Shown here one piece after another: positions 31,726 through 41,013 of a DNA stretch of 64,000 bases. Under the pieces are notes generated by a model. It ran no database searches. It had not been told where the DNA came from and saw only the letters and a program-made list of their open reading frames with translations. Every line of letters starts with the position of its first letter. Within the stretch, counting starts at the first letter, position 1. The translations under genes were made by a program, and so were the position numbers. This stretch comes from Candidatus Forterrea multitransposorum CG_2015-17_Forterrea_25_41 (lineage in GTDB: Archaea > Iainarchaeota > Iainarchaeia > Iainarchaeales > CSSED10-239), in assembly GCA_009392915.1 (NCBI GenBank), contig CP045477.1, positions 1 through 64,000 of the forward strand, written 5' to 3'.

Positions 31726-32331
31726 TTGAATGATAAAACATTAAAAACAGGTACAACAACAGTTGGAATTGTTGCAAAAGATGGTATTGTTTTAGCAGCT
31801 GATATGCAAGCTACAATGGGTAATTTAGCAGTTAATAATAATACTACTAAAATATACAAAATTAATGATTCTATTGCAATGACAATTGCAGGTTCTGTAG
31901 GGGATGCTATGGTTTTAATTAGATATCTTCAAAATCATGCAAATCTTTATGAACTTGAACATAAGAGGGCTTTAAGTACAAAATCATGTGTAACTCTTTT
32001 GTCAAATATTTTAAATTCTAGTAAAATGCTTCCGTTCTATTCTCAATTAATTCTTGCAGGAGCAGATCAAGAACTTTATTCTCTAGATATGCTTGGAGGA
32101 TTTTCAAAAGAAGATAATTTTTCATTTTCAGGTTCAGGTTCAGAACTTGCTTTAAGTGCACTTGATAAAGGTTATAAATCTAATATTTCTATTAAGGATA
32201 CTATTGAACTTGCAAAAGAAGCTATTACTTCTGCTAAGAAAAGAGATGTTTTTACTGGCGGAGATGGAATAAAAGTTGTAATTATTAAAAAAGATGGTAT
32301 TGAAGAACTACCTATTGAAAAATACAAATAG
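31726..32331 (+). CDS. psmB: proteasome beta subunit
   Basis: Propeptide followed by TGTTTVGIVAKDGIVLAAD (active-site Thr). Confidence 0.9.
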   Translation: MNDKTLKTGTTTVGIVAKDGIVLAADMQATMGNLAVNNNTTKIYKINDSIAMTIAGSVGDAMVLIRYLQNHANLYELEHKRALSTKSCVTLLSNILNSSKMLPFYSQLILAGADQELYSLDMLGGFSKEDNFSFSGSGSELALSALDKGYKSNISIKDTIELAKEAITSAKKRDVFTGGDGIKVVIIKKDGIEELPIEKYK

Positions 32332-32483
32332 TTCTTTTTTTATTTTTTTTTAAAAATTACTTTTAAATTTTTTATACTTTATAATCTTTATATTTATTTT
32401 AAATAAATTATAAAGAAAATTAATCTAAATTATACAATTAAATATATGATATTTATACTTTTTTAAAAATAATGTGAACAAAT

Positions 32484-34376
32484 ATGGACTTATTCGATAA
32501 TATTAAAAAACAAATTTCTTCTCTCTTAAATGAGAAAAAAATGTCGTTTTCAAAGATAGAACCTGAAGCTTCAGAGATTGCTATCTATACAAATGACCCT
32601 TATTCTTTTTTCAGTAATAAAACAATTGTTGGTGAAATTGCTGATAAATTTAAAAAAAGAATTAACATTAGAACTGAAAAATCATCTCTTATGGATTCAG
32701 CTGAAGCCTATAATAAAATAAAAGAAATAATTCCAGAAGATGCTGGTATTAAATCAATTGCTTTTGATGGAGTTTTTTCAGAAGTTGTAATTGAAGCAGA
32801 TAAGCCTGGTGTAGTTATTGGAAAACAAGGAGATGTTTCAAAATCAATTATAAAAGAAACAAAATGGATTCCAAAAATATTAAGAGCACCACTTGAACCT
32901 TCTGAAATAATTAAAAAAATAAGAGGGTATGCAATTAAAAATAATACTGAAAGAAGACAATTTCTAAAAGAAGTTGCAAAAAAAATATATTCTCCTCCTG
33001 TTAGTAATAAAGAATGGGTTAGAATGACAGCTCTTGGTGGTTTTAGAGAAGTTGGAAGAAGTGCTATACTTTTAGAAACTCCTGATACAAAAATACTTTT
33101 AGATTGTGGAATTAATCCTGCAGATAAAAATGAAGAAGCACCTTTCTTTGGTGTTATAAGATTTCCTTTAGATGAACTTGATGCTGTAGTAATTACACAC
33201 GCTCACATAGATCACGTAGGATTTTTACCATATCTTTTTAGAGCAGGTTATAGAGGTCCTGTATATTGTACAGAACCTACAAAAGATATTATGGCTCTTT
33301 TACTTTTAGATGCAATTTCAGTTTCTGAAAAAACAGGTAGAGAAGCTCTTTATGGAGAAGAAGATGTTAAGGAAGTTATAAAACACTGTATAACTAAAAA
33401 CTTTAGAGAAGTTACAGATATCGCTCCTGGAATAAGACTTACTTTCCATAATTCAGCACATATTTTAGGTTCTGCTTCTGCACACTTACATATAGGTGAT
33501 GGAAAACATAACTTAGTTTATTCTGCAGATATTAAATATGGTTTTACAAGATTATATAACAATATGGATGCAAATTATCCTAGAGTAGATACTTTAATTT
33601 TAGAAAGTACTTATGGTGGTAAACCATTAAATCCTTCTAGAAATAAATCAGAAGATCGTTTAATAGAAGTTTTAAATGAAACACATGATAAAGGAGGAAT
33701 TACTTTAATTCCTGTTTTTTCTGTAGGTCGTGCTCAAGAAGTTATGATTGTTTTAGAAGAATATTTTAGACGTGGAAAATTAAAAGCAGAAAATGTTTTT
33801 ATAGATGGTATGACAAGAGAAGCTTCTTTAATACATACTGTTTATCCTGAATATTTAAAAATGAATATTAAAACTAGAGTTTTACAAAATAATTCTCCAT
33901 TTTCTTCAAAACTTTTTAGATCAGTTGATTATGAAGAAAATTCTAGAGAAAATGTTTTAAATTCTCCTGGTTCAATTATTATAGCATCATCAGGTATGCT
34001 TACAGGTGGACCTTCAGTTGCATATTTTAATGAACTTGCAGATAACCCTAATAATTCTTTAGTTTTTGTTGGTTATCAAGCAAGAAATAGTTTAGGACAA
34101 AAGGTGCAAAAAGGTTTAAAATCAATGATTATTAATGATTCTAAAGGAAAAACAAAAACATTAAATGTTAATCTTAGAATTGAAACTATTGATGCCTTTT
34201 CAGGTCACGCTTATCGTCAAGAGTTACTAAATTATGTTACAAGTTTAAATCCTAAACCAAAAACAATTTTAGTAAATCACGGTGATTCTTGTCCTGAATT
34301 TGCAAGATTTGTTGCAAAGAAATTCCATATTAATACACTTTCAATTCAAAATTTAGAGAGTGTTAGATTAAGGTAA
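32484..34376 (+). CDS. beta-CASP ribonuclease aCPSF1 (KH domains + metallo-beta-lactamase)
   Basis: N-terminal KH-like region, HAHIDHVG, and beta-CASP motifs; 630 aa. Confidence 0.9.
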   Translation: MDLFDNIKKQISSLLNEKKMSFSKIEPEASEIAIYTNDPYSFFSNKTIVGEIADKFKKRINIRTEKSSLMDSAEAYNKIKEIIPEDAGIKSIAFDGVFSEVVIEADKPGVVIGKQGDVSKSIIKETKWIPKILRAPLEPSEIIKKIRGYAIKNNTERRQFLKEVAKKIYSPPVSNKEWVRMTALGGFREVGRSAILLETPDTKILLDCGINPADKNEEAPFFGVIRFPLDELDAVVITHAHIDHVGFLPYLFRAGYRGPVYCTEPTKDIMALLLLDAISVSEKTGREALYGEEDVKEVIKHCITKNFREVTDIAPGIRLTFHNSAHILGSASAHLHIGDGKHNLVYSADIKYGFTRLYNNMDANYPRVDTLILESTYGGKPLNPSRNKSEDRLIEVLNETHDKGGITLIPVFSVGRAQEVMIVLEEYFRRGKLKAENVFIDGMTREASLIHTVYPEYLKMNIKTRVLQNNSPFSSKLFRSVDYEENSRENVLNSPGSIIIASSGMLTGGPSVAYFNELADNPNNSLVFVGYQARNSLGQKVQKGLKSMIINDSKGKTKTLNVNLRIETIDAFSGHAYRQELLNYVTSLNPKPKTILVNHGDSCPEFARFVAKKFHINTLSIQNLESVRLR

Positions 34377-34382
34377 GGTATT

Positions 34383-34877
34383 ATGTATTTTGTAATAACA
34401 GGTTCTGTTGCAAGCGGTAAAACTACGCTTGCACAAGAAGTTAAAAAAAAATTTCCTTTTCAAAAGTTTTTAGTTGTTAATGATAAAGATTTTTCTAAAG
34501 AAAATAATATTGCTATCTTAAATGAAGAAACAAAAGAATATGAAATAGATACTTCACTTCTTTCAAAAAAATGTTTAGAACTTTTAAAAAAGAAAAAAAA
34601 TATTATTTTTGAAGGACATTTGTTTTGTGAAGTTTCTAAACTTTTTTTAAAAAAAATGGATTTTGTTTTTTTATTATTATCTTCTGAAAAATTATTAAGA
34701 GATAGAATGTCTGAGAGAAATTATTCTGTTTTAAAAATTGAAGAAAATATTCTTTGTCATAAGACAAGTTATTTTCAAGAAAAATTAAATTCTAAAAAAA
34801 TAGATTATATTCCTATAGAGGTTTCAAAAGACCTTAAATTAAATTTAAAAAAAATAAATAAATATTTAAAATTATAA
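34383..34877 (+). CDS. P-loop NTPase (Fap7/adenylate-kinase-like)
   Basis: MYFVITGSVASGKTT P-loop at the extreme N-terminus; 164 aa. Confidence 0.45.
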   Translation: MYFVITGSVASGKTTLAQEVKKKFPFQKFLVVNDKDFSKENNIAILNEETKEYEIDTSLLSKKCLELLKKKKNIIFEGHLFCEVSKLFLKKMDFVFLLLSSEKLLRDRMSERNYSVLKIEENILCHKTSYFQEKLNSKKIDYIPIEVSKDLKLNLKKINKYLKL

Positions 34878-34890
34878 AATGTGATAAAAA

Positions 34891-35724
34891 ATGGTTCAAG
34901 CATTAGTTTCTGCAAAAACACAAACTGTTAAAGAAATTAAAAAGAAATCTTCTATTAAAAGAAGAAATAAATTAATTGTTAAATTGATTTTAATAACTAT
35001 TGTTGCAATATTAATTGCATTGATATTAAGCAAAATAGTTGTTGAAACAAGAACTTCTTTTACAAATAATGATATTGACTTTAAATCAGTAAACTTTCAT
35101 ATACATGAAGGTTTTGAAATATTTGGAACTGATAAAAATTATTTATTAGTTTTTAATTACTATTACCAAGATACAAATTATTTATCTTCAGTAATTGATG
35201 GCCTTGTATTTTCTCAATCCATGCTTTCTGCTAAAAATAAAAATACAATTCTTTTAATTTCTGTAATTGATAATGAAAATAATCTTCTTTATTGTCAATC
35301 AAATAATGGAAATGTTTTAGAAAATATTGAACTTACAAGTGAAGAATGTTTATCTCTTTTAGATACTAATCATTCTGTAATTATGGTTAATTATCCTTTT
35401 GGAGATGTTGAAAAATCAGAAGTTGTTTTAAATTTAAATGAAAAATTATTATTAATTAATCCTAAATCAAAAGAATTTGTTTATGACTCTTTATATGTTT
35501 CTTTTAATCAAATGTATAAAGATGCTAAAATGATTGAAGATTCTTTAACAGATATTCAAAATAAATTAAGCACTTCTAAAGAAAAGTCTTTGGTTGATAA
35601 AAATATTATTGATGAAAATATTGTTGATGAAAACTTTTATGATCAAAATATTTTAATTGATGAAAATTTTTCTGATGATAATTCTTTAAACGATGATAAC
35701 TTTTCACAAGATATTAATAATTAA
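34891..35724 (+). CDS. membrane-anchored hypothetical protein with acidic D/E/N-rich C-terminal pseudo-repeats
   Basis: One TM helix (LIVKLILITIVAILIALIL). C-terminus DKNIIDENIVDENFYDQNILIDENFSDDNSLNDDNF. Confidence 0.4.
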   Translation: MVQALVSAKTQTVKEIKKKSSIKRRNKLIVKLILITIVAILIALILSKIVVETRTSFTNNDIDFKSVNFHIHEGFEIFGTDKNYLLVFNYYYQDTNYLSSVIDGLVFSQSMLSAKNKNTILLISVIDNENNLLYCQSNNGNVLENIELTSEECLSLLDTNHSVIMVNYPFGDVEKSEVVLNLNEKLLLINPKSKEFVYDSLYVSFNQMYKDAKMIEDSLTDIQNKLSTSKEKSLVDKNIIDENIVDENFYDQNILIDENFSDDNSLNDDNFSQDINN

Positions 35725-35786
35725 ATATTTTTTTAAAAATAACTTTATAAAACAATTTATATTGTTTATGTTCTATAATTATAATT

Positions 35787-37157
35787 ATGTCTTCAATAAA
35801 TCTTGATAAATCAAAAGTATCAATTTATAGAGATACTAGAAAGAAATTACTTTCTCAAATCAAACCTAGTACTTCTCAAAATATAAAAGAAAAAAGATTT
35901 ATTGATAATGTTATTAAAAAAATAGAAAAGATGCCAGGACCACATTTATCTGCTGTTTGTGCAGGTTCTTTTGGAAAAGGTACTAATTTAAAAGATACAA
36001 AAGATTTTGATGTTTTTGTAATTTATCCTCCTTCTCTTGAAAAAACAAAATTTATTGAAGAAGGTTTAATGTTAGGTCAAAAAGCTTTTAAAGGATATTT
36101 TTGGGAAAAAGCATATTCTCAACATCCTTATATAAGAGGTGTAATTGACGGACATAAAGTTGAAGTTGTGCCTGCATATAAAATAGAACCTAATGAACCT
36201 ATAATTTCTGCAGTTGATAGAACTGTTTTACATTTAATGTTTGTTTTAAAAAATATGTCTGAAACACAAAAAGATGAAACTAGACTTTTAAAATATTTTT
36301 TAAAACAAATAGGGTCTTATGGTGCAGATACTTCTGTATCTGGATTTTCTGGTTATTTATGTGAACTTTTAATTCTATTTTATGGAGATTTTATAACTGT
36401 TTTAGAGAATGCTTCAAATTGGCAATATCCTATAAAATTTACTTTACTTAAAGAACAACATGTTAACTTAGCAAGATTTTCTGAAAGCTTAGTTGTAATT
36501 GATCCTATTGATGATACTAGAAATGTAGCATCTGCTGTAAGTTTAAAACAATTAAGTTTATTTATAGCTTCTTCAAGAAAATTTTTAGAAAATCCTTCTA
36601 TTGATTTCTTTAATACTAAAGTTATTCCAAAAGTTACATATCATCAATTAATAGGGAAACTTGAAAATTTTTCACTAGTAATTGTAAGTTTTGAAGTAAA
36701 AGATATGTTAAAAGAAATTATTTGGTCTAAAGTTAAAAGTAATACTTCAAAGTTAATTACTCATTTAGAATTTTCTGATTTTGATATTTTAAAATATGAA
36801 GTTTATCATAAAGAAGGTCAAGATAGATGTTATCTTGTATTATTATTAAATACTTTAGAACTTCCTAAATTTAAAAAAATTAATGGACCTTTAGTTTCTG
36901 ATTTTAAAAGTTCTCAAAATTATTTAACTAATAATCGTTCTGTACTTGGTCCATATATTAAAGAAGATAGATGGTATGTTGTAAGAAAAAGAGATAAAAC
37001 TTCTGCAAAGGCAATAATTTTAGATTTCTCACAAGTCTTTAATTTAAAATCTAAGATTTATTCTGGAACAGAGATCAATGATTTATTTTTAGAAGATGAT
37101 GACTTATCTGAATATTTAACTGATTTTTTTATTACTAAAGAGAAATTTTTAATTTAA
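35787..37157 (+). CDS. cca: archaeal class I CCA-adding tRNA nucleotidyltransferase
   Basis: GSFGKGTNLKDTKDFDVFV nucleotidyltransferase motif; 456 aa. Confidence 0.85.
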   Translation: MSSINLDKSKVSIYRDTRKKLLSQIKPSTSQNIKEKRFIDNVIKKIEKMPGPHLSAVCAGSFGKGTNLKDTKDFDVFVIYPPSLEKTKFIEEGLMLGQKAFKGYFWEKAYSQHPYIRGVIDGHKVEVVPAYKIEPNEPIISAVDRTVLHLMFVLKNMSETQKDETRLLKYFLKQIGSYGADTSVSGFSGYLCELLILFYGDFITVLENASNWQYPIKFTLLKEQHVNLARFSESLVVIDPIDDTRNVASAVSLKQLSLFIASSRKFLENPSIDFFNTKVIPKVTYHQLIGKLENFSLVIVSFEVKDMLKEIIWSKVKSNTSKLITHLEFSDFDILKYEVYHKEGQDRCYLVLLLNTLELPKFKKINGPLVSDFKSSQNYLTNNRSVLGPYIKEDRWYVVRKRDKTSAKAIILDFSQVFNLKSKIYSGTEINDLFLEDDDLSEYLTDFFITKEKFLI

Positions 37158-37320
37158 TTTTTTTAGTTATATATAAGTTAATTATTTAATATTAATATCT
37201 TATTTTTTCCTTTTTTATCCTAAGTAATTATAATCTGGTATGTTATTTTAGATTAAGGTGTTTTTTTTTGTACACTTATTTAGGGTTAATATATATATAT
37301 TACACAAATTATAGTTATAT

Positions 37321-37497
37321 TGGATTTGAGACCTTGGAGACAAGTAGTTTCCTAAAGAATGATTTTCAGGTGAGTTTTTTCATCTAGGAGGTGGTGATAA
37401 AGTAATATGACGATAAACGACTCGAACGATAGTTAGGGAAGCAAACCCAAACCAGGTTTATATGGTAAACTGATGTGATTTGAAGGCTTCCCTATCT
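37321..37497 (+). ncRNA. candidate structured non-coding RNA of unknown class
   Basis: Locally GC-enriched sequence inside a 460-bp ORF-free gap. A perfect 9-bp pairing TAGGGAAGC/GCTTCCCTA encloses the inner hairpin GTTTA-TATGG-TAAAC. The strand is not established. Confidence 0.3.
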
Positions 37498-37617
37498 TTA
37501 ACAAATATTTTTTCTATTTCTCTAATTTTATTTAAATTCTATAAGCTTTATATATCTTTTCTATATATATTATATATATAGTACCTTTTTTTTATCAAAG
37601 ACTATATGGTAAAAAAT

Positions 37618-37699
37618 GCAGAGGTGGCGGAGTGGTCAAACGCGCCAGCCTTGAGAGCTGGAGCCTTGCGCTACACGAGTTCGAATCTCGTCCTCTGCG
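37618..37699 (+). tRNA. tRNA-Ser (anticodon UGA)
   Basis: Acceptor GCAGAGG/CCTCTGC. Anticodon stem CCAGC/GCTGG with loop CTTGAGA. Long variable arm and T-loop TTCGAAT. Confidence 0.9.
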
Positions 37700-37730
37700 C
37701 TTTATCTTTTAAAATATAGGAATTTTTATT

Positions 37731-38063
37731 ATGATTAAAGAAAACATTTCTTTTCAAGATTTTTTAAAACTTGATATAAGAATTGGAACAATTGTTGAGG
37801 CTGAAGCTGTTGAGGGTTCTGATAAATTAATAAAATTAATAATTGATTTTAAAGATTTTAAAAGACAGATTTTAGCTGGTATTAAAACAAAATATCAACC
37901 AACTGATTTATTAAACAAACAAATTCCTGTTATTGTAAATTTAGAACCTAGAAAAATGATGGGTTTTGAAAGTCAAGGAATGATCTTAGCTGTTGGAGAT
38001 AAAACTTTAGATGCTTTACTTTTACCATCTGAGCCTGTATCGGAAGGCTCGATTGTACACTAA
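37731..38063 (+). CDS. tRNA-binding domain protein (Trbp111/CsaA/EMAP-like)
   Basis: FLKLDIRIGTIVEAEAVEGSDKLIKLIIDF...GFESQGMILA matches the OB-fold tRNA-binding domain pattern. Confidence 0.8.
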   Translation: MIKENISFQDFLKLDIRIGTIVEAEAVEGSDKLIKLIIDFKDFKRQILAGIKTKYQPTDLLNKQIPVIVNLEPRKMMGFESQGMILAVGDKTLDALLLPSEPVSEGSIVH

Positions 38064-38084
38064 TTTTTTTTTAAAACTAAAAAT

Positions 38085-38166
38085 GCAGAGGTGGCGGAGT
38101 GGTCAAACGCGCAAGCCTGGAAAGCTTGAGCCTCGTGCTACGCGAGTTCGAATCTCGTCCTCTGCG
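38085..38166 (+). tRNA. tRNA-Ser (anticodon GGA)
   Basis: Acceptor, D and T arms are the same as in the first tRNA-Ser. Anticodon stem CAAGC/GCTTG with loop CTGGAAA. Confidence 0.9.
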
Positions 38167-38197
38167 CTTTTTTCTTTTTTAATTTAATATTTATTTT

Positions 38198-38286
38198 GCA
38201 GAGATGGCGGAGTGGTCAAACGCACAAGTTTCGAAAACTTGATTAAGGTTTTTTCCTTTACATGAGTTCAAATCTCATTCTCTGCG
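38198..38286 (+). tRNA. tRNA-Ser (anticodon CGA)
   Basis: Acceptor GCAGAGA/TCTCTGC. Anticodon stem CAAGT/ACTTG with loop TTCGAAA. Long variable arm AAGG-TTTTTT-CCTT and T-loop TTCAAAT. Confidence 0.85.
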
Positions 38287-38462
38287 TAGCTGGTTTCGGT
38301 CAGCTAGCACCCAATGATTTTGCGTTTGTTAACGCTTATTTAAACTTTCTTTTTAAAAGAAGTGATTTTCCCCCAAAACTTTTTTTCTTTAAAAATTGTG
38401 TTTTAAAAATTTTTAATCTATTTTATATCTATTTAAAATACTTTTGCCTCTCTTTAATATTT

Positions 38463-39584
38463 ATGACTGAAAAAATGATTGTAAATCCATACCAAGTAGA
38501 AGGAGAAGTTGATTACCAAAGACTTGTAAAAGAATTTGGTCTTCAAGAAATAACTCCTGAAATTTTAGAAAAAATAAAACAAATAACTAAAGGTCTTCAT
38601 CCAATGTTAAAGAGAAAAATCTTTTTTGCACATAGAGACCTTAACTGGGTGTTAGATGAATATCTAAAAGGAAATAAATTTTTTCTATATACAGGTTGTG
38701 GTCCATCAGGTCCAATCCATCTAGGGCATGCATTAGTATGGTATTTTACAAAATACTTACAAGATACTTTTGATGTTGAATTATATTTTCAGTTTACAGA
38801 TGATGAAAAATTTTTATACAAAGATAAACCTTATGAAGAAATACAAAAATGGGTCTATGAAAACATGCTTGATGTTATAGCTATAGGTTTTGACCCTAAA
38901 AAAACATTTTTCATAGTAGACACAAAGCATGCTGGTCTTCTTTACCCAGAGGCAATAAAGGTTGCAAAGAAATTAACTTTTTCAACAGTTAAATCTTCTT
39001 TTGGTTTTACAGATAGCAATAATGTTGGATCTATTTTTTATACCTCTATGCAAGCAGTTCCTTCTTTTTTGCCATCAGTTTTAAAAAAGAAAAACATTCC
39101 TTGCCTTATTCCTCATGCAATAGATCAAGATAATCATTTTAGAATAACAAGAGATATTTTACCAAAGCTTGGTTTTTATAAACCTGCAAGCATACAATGT
39201 TCTTTTCTTCCTCCATTAACAGGAGCTTTTGGAAAAATGAGTAGTACTGGAGAAGCTAAAGGAATATTCATGACAGACTCTCCAAAAGAGATTAAAGATA
39301 AAATAAATAAATATGCCTTCTCTGGAGGACAACCAACTTTAGAAGAACATAGAGAAAAAGGTGGAAACACAGAGATTGACATTCCTTTCCAATATTTAAA
39401 ATATCTTTTCGAAGAGGATGATGAAAAATTAGCAGAGATTGAAAAAGATTATTCTTCTGGAAAGATGTTAACTGGAGAGATTAAAAAATATTTAATTGAT
39501 AAAATAACTGCTTTCCTTTTAGCTCATCAAGAAAGAAGAAAAGATGCTCACAAGAAAATAGATGATTTTCTTTTAAAGGTTTAA
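38463..39584 (+). CDS. trpS: tryptophan--tRNA ligase (archaeal/eukaryotic type)
   Basis: VNPYQVEGEVDYQRLVKEFG N-terminus, GPSGPIHLGH (HIGH) and KMSST (KMSKS). The ATG at 38463 is used because the longer ORF-track start overlaps tRNA-Ser(CGA). Confidence 0.85.
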   Translation: MTEKMIVNPYQVEGEVDYQRLVKEFGLQEITPEILEKIKQITKGLHPMLKRKIFFAHRDLNWVLDEYLKGNKFFLYTGCGPSGPIHLGHALVWYFTKYLQDTFDVELYFQFTDDEKFLYKDKPYEEIQKWVYENMLDVIAIGFDPKKTFFIVDTKHAGLLYPEAIKVAKKLTFSTVKSSFGFTDSNNVGSIFYTSMQAVPSFLPSVLKKKNIPCLIPHAIDQDNHFRITRDILPKLGFYKPASIQCSFLPPLTGAFGKMSSTGEAKGIFMTDSPKEIKDKINKYAFSGGQPTLEEHREKGGNTEIDIPFQYLKYLFEEDDEKLAEIEKDYSSGKMLTGEIKKYLIDKITAFLLAHQERRKDAHKKIDDFLLKV

Positions 39585-39596
39585 ATTAGGTGTTTT

Positions 39597-40364
39597 ATGA
39601 ATTTATTATTTTTAGGATTAGGTAATACAGGTATTTCTATTGCCGATAGATTATCTAAAAATAATAATATATTCTATTATGATGTAGTTAAAAAAAATGT
39701 AGCTTATAAGTATTTACCTTTAACAAAGTTAAAAAAATCTAATTTTGATTATATAATAGTTACACTTTCTTCAATTTCGATATTAAACCGACTTAAATTA
39801 TGCTCTAAATATAATACTACTTATGATTTAAGAAAATATGAGTTGGTTAAAAATAAAAATAGTTTGAAAAAAATTATAAATTACCTCCCTAATTCTAAGG
39901 TAATTGTAGTTTCTAATCCTGTGGATGATATTGTTACTTTTTTATCAAAAAATACTAATTTAGATGTAATTGGTTTTGGGATTTCTTTAGATGCTTTAAG
40001 ATATTCTAATTATTTTAAACAAAAAATTAATTGTATTGGTTTACATGGTTTTTCAGTTCCTTTAAAGGTATTAAAAAGTAAAACTCATTTTTTAAAAAGT
40101 TATTCGGCGGTTGATCTAAAATTATTTAACTCTTTTAAAGTTAATGGTATTAATTATGATCTAGTATCAAAAGAATTTGAATTATTTTTTAATAAACTTA
40201 ATTCAGATAAACAAAATACATTATATTTATCTAAATATATTTCAAAAGACATTCTAGGATTAGAAAATATATCTTTATCTCTCCCTTATTTTGTAAAAAA
40301 AGGAAAAGTAGTTGGTCTTAAACAAATAAAACTAACTAGTCTTGAAAAAAATCTATTAAAATAA
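39597..40364 (+). CDS. short lactate/malate dehydrogenase-like protein
   Basis: GLGNTG Rossmann motif, VVSNPVDD, LDALRY and GLHG (catalytic His region). At 255 aa it is shorter than typical LDH/MDH. Confidence 0.45.
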   Translation: MNLLFLGLGNTGISIADRLSKNNNIFYYDVVKKNVAYKYLPLTKLKKSNFDYIIVTLSSISILNRLKLCSKYNTTYDLRKYELVKNKNSLKKIINYLPNSKVIVVSNPVDDIVTFLSKNTNLDVIGFGISLDALRYSNYFKQKINCIGLHGFSVPLKVLKSKTHFLKSYSAVDLKLFNSFKVNGINYDLVSKEFELFFNKLNSDKQNTLYLSKYISKDILGLENISLSLPYFVKKGKVVGLKQIKLTSLEKNLLK

Positions 40365-40366
40365 AA

Positions 40367-40879
40367 TTATTTTCCTAATTTTCCAGGTCTTTCAAAGACA
40401 ATTGATTTATGAGCAGAAAATCTAGTTAAGTTCATTATTAAATCTGCAAGAAGTTTTGCATATATAGGTGGAAAGTTTAAAAATTCAACAAAACCAATAA
40501 CCATTATAAAAATAACAATTACTGCAGAAAAGTTAATTACATAATATCTTCCAAAAGCAAAAAGGTTTTTCTTAGAAAAAGCTTTTACATCATTTTTAAA
40601 AACAAATTTTTTATGAAGATTAAAATTTGTAAATGTTTTTACAAAATCAGAAATAAATGTAACCCATAAGTAATTATAAGCAAGTATATTATGTAAACCA
40701 AAAATCATTAATATATCTATTATTGTTCCTGCAAGACCTAAGACTGCATATTTTAAAAATCTCTTCATTCTATACATTAAAGGAAAAGAAATTAACCAAT
40801 AATATATTTGATATACAAAATTACTTTTTTTAATAGTAATTAATGAATGTGTGAATTTATCATTTTTATCTAAAGCCAT
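40367..40879 (-). CDS. GtrA-family membrane protein
   Basis: Four TM segments; FLKYAVLGLAGTIIDI and a C-terminal HKSIVF pattern. Confidence 0.65.
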   Translation of the reverse strand: MALDKNDKFTHSLITIKKSNFVYQIYYWLISFPLMYRMKRFLKYAVLGLAGTIIDILMIFGLHNILAYNYLWVTFISDFVKTFTNFNLHKKFVFKNDVKAFSKKNLFAFGRYYVINFSAVIVIFIMVIGFVEFLNFPPIYAKLLADLIMNLTRFSAHKSIVFERPGKLGK

Positions 40880-41013
40880 ATTTTAAAAACTCTAATTAAC
40901 TATATTATATATTATTTATAACCCTTAAGTTTTAAAAAGAATAACTATTTATATCTTTTACATATATAATATATTGTTATGATTTTTTAATAACTATTAA
41001 ACTTTGATAAAAT

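Noticed and set aside
38262-38462. N-terminal 67-codon extension of the TrpRS ORF.
   Set aside because: It overlaps tRNA-Ser(CGA) (38198-38286) and its translation is nonsense-like. The conserved TrpRS N-terminus begins at the ATG at 38463.
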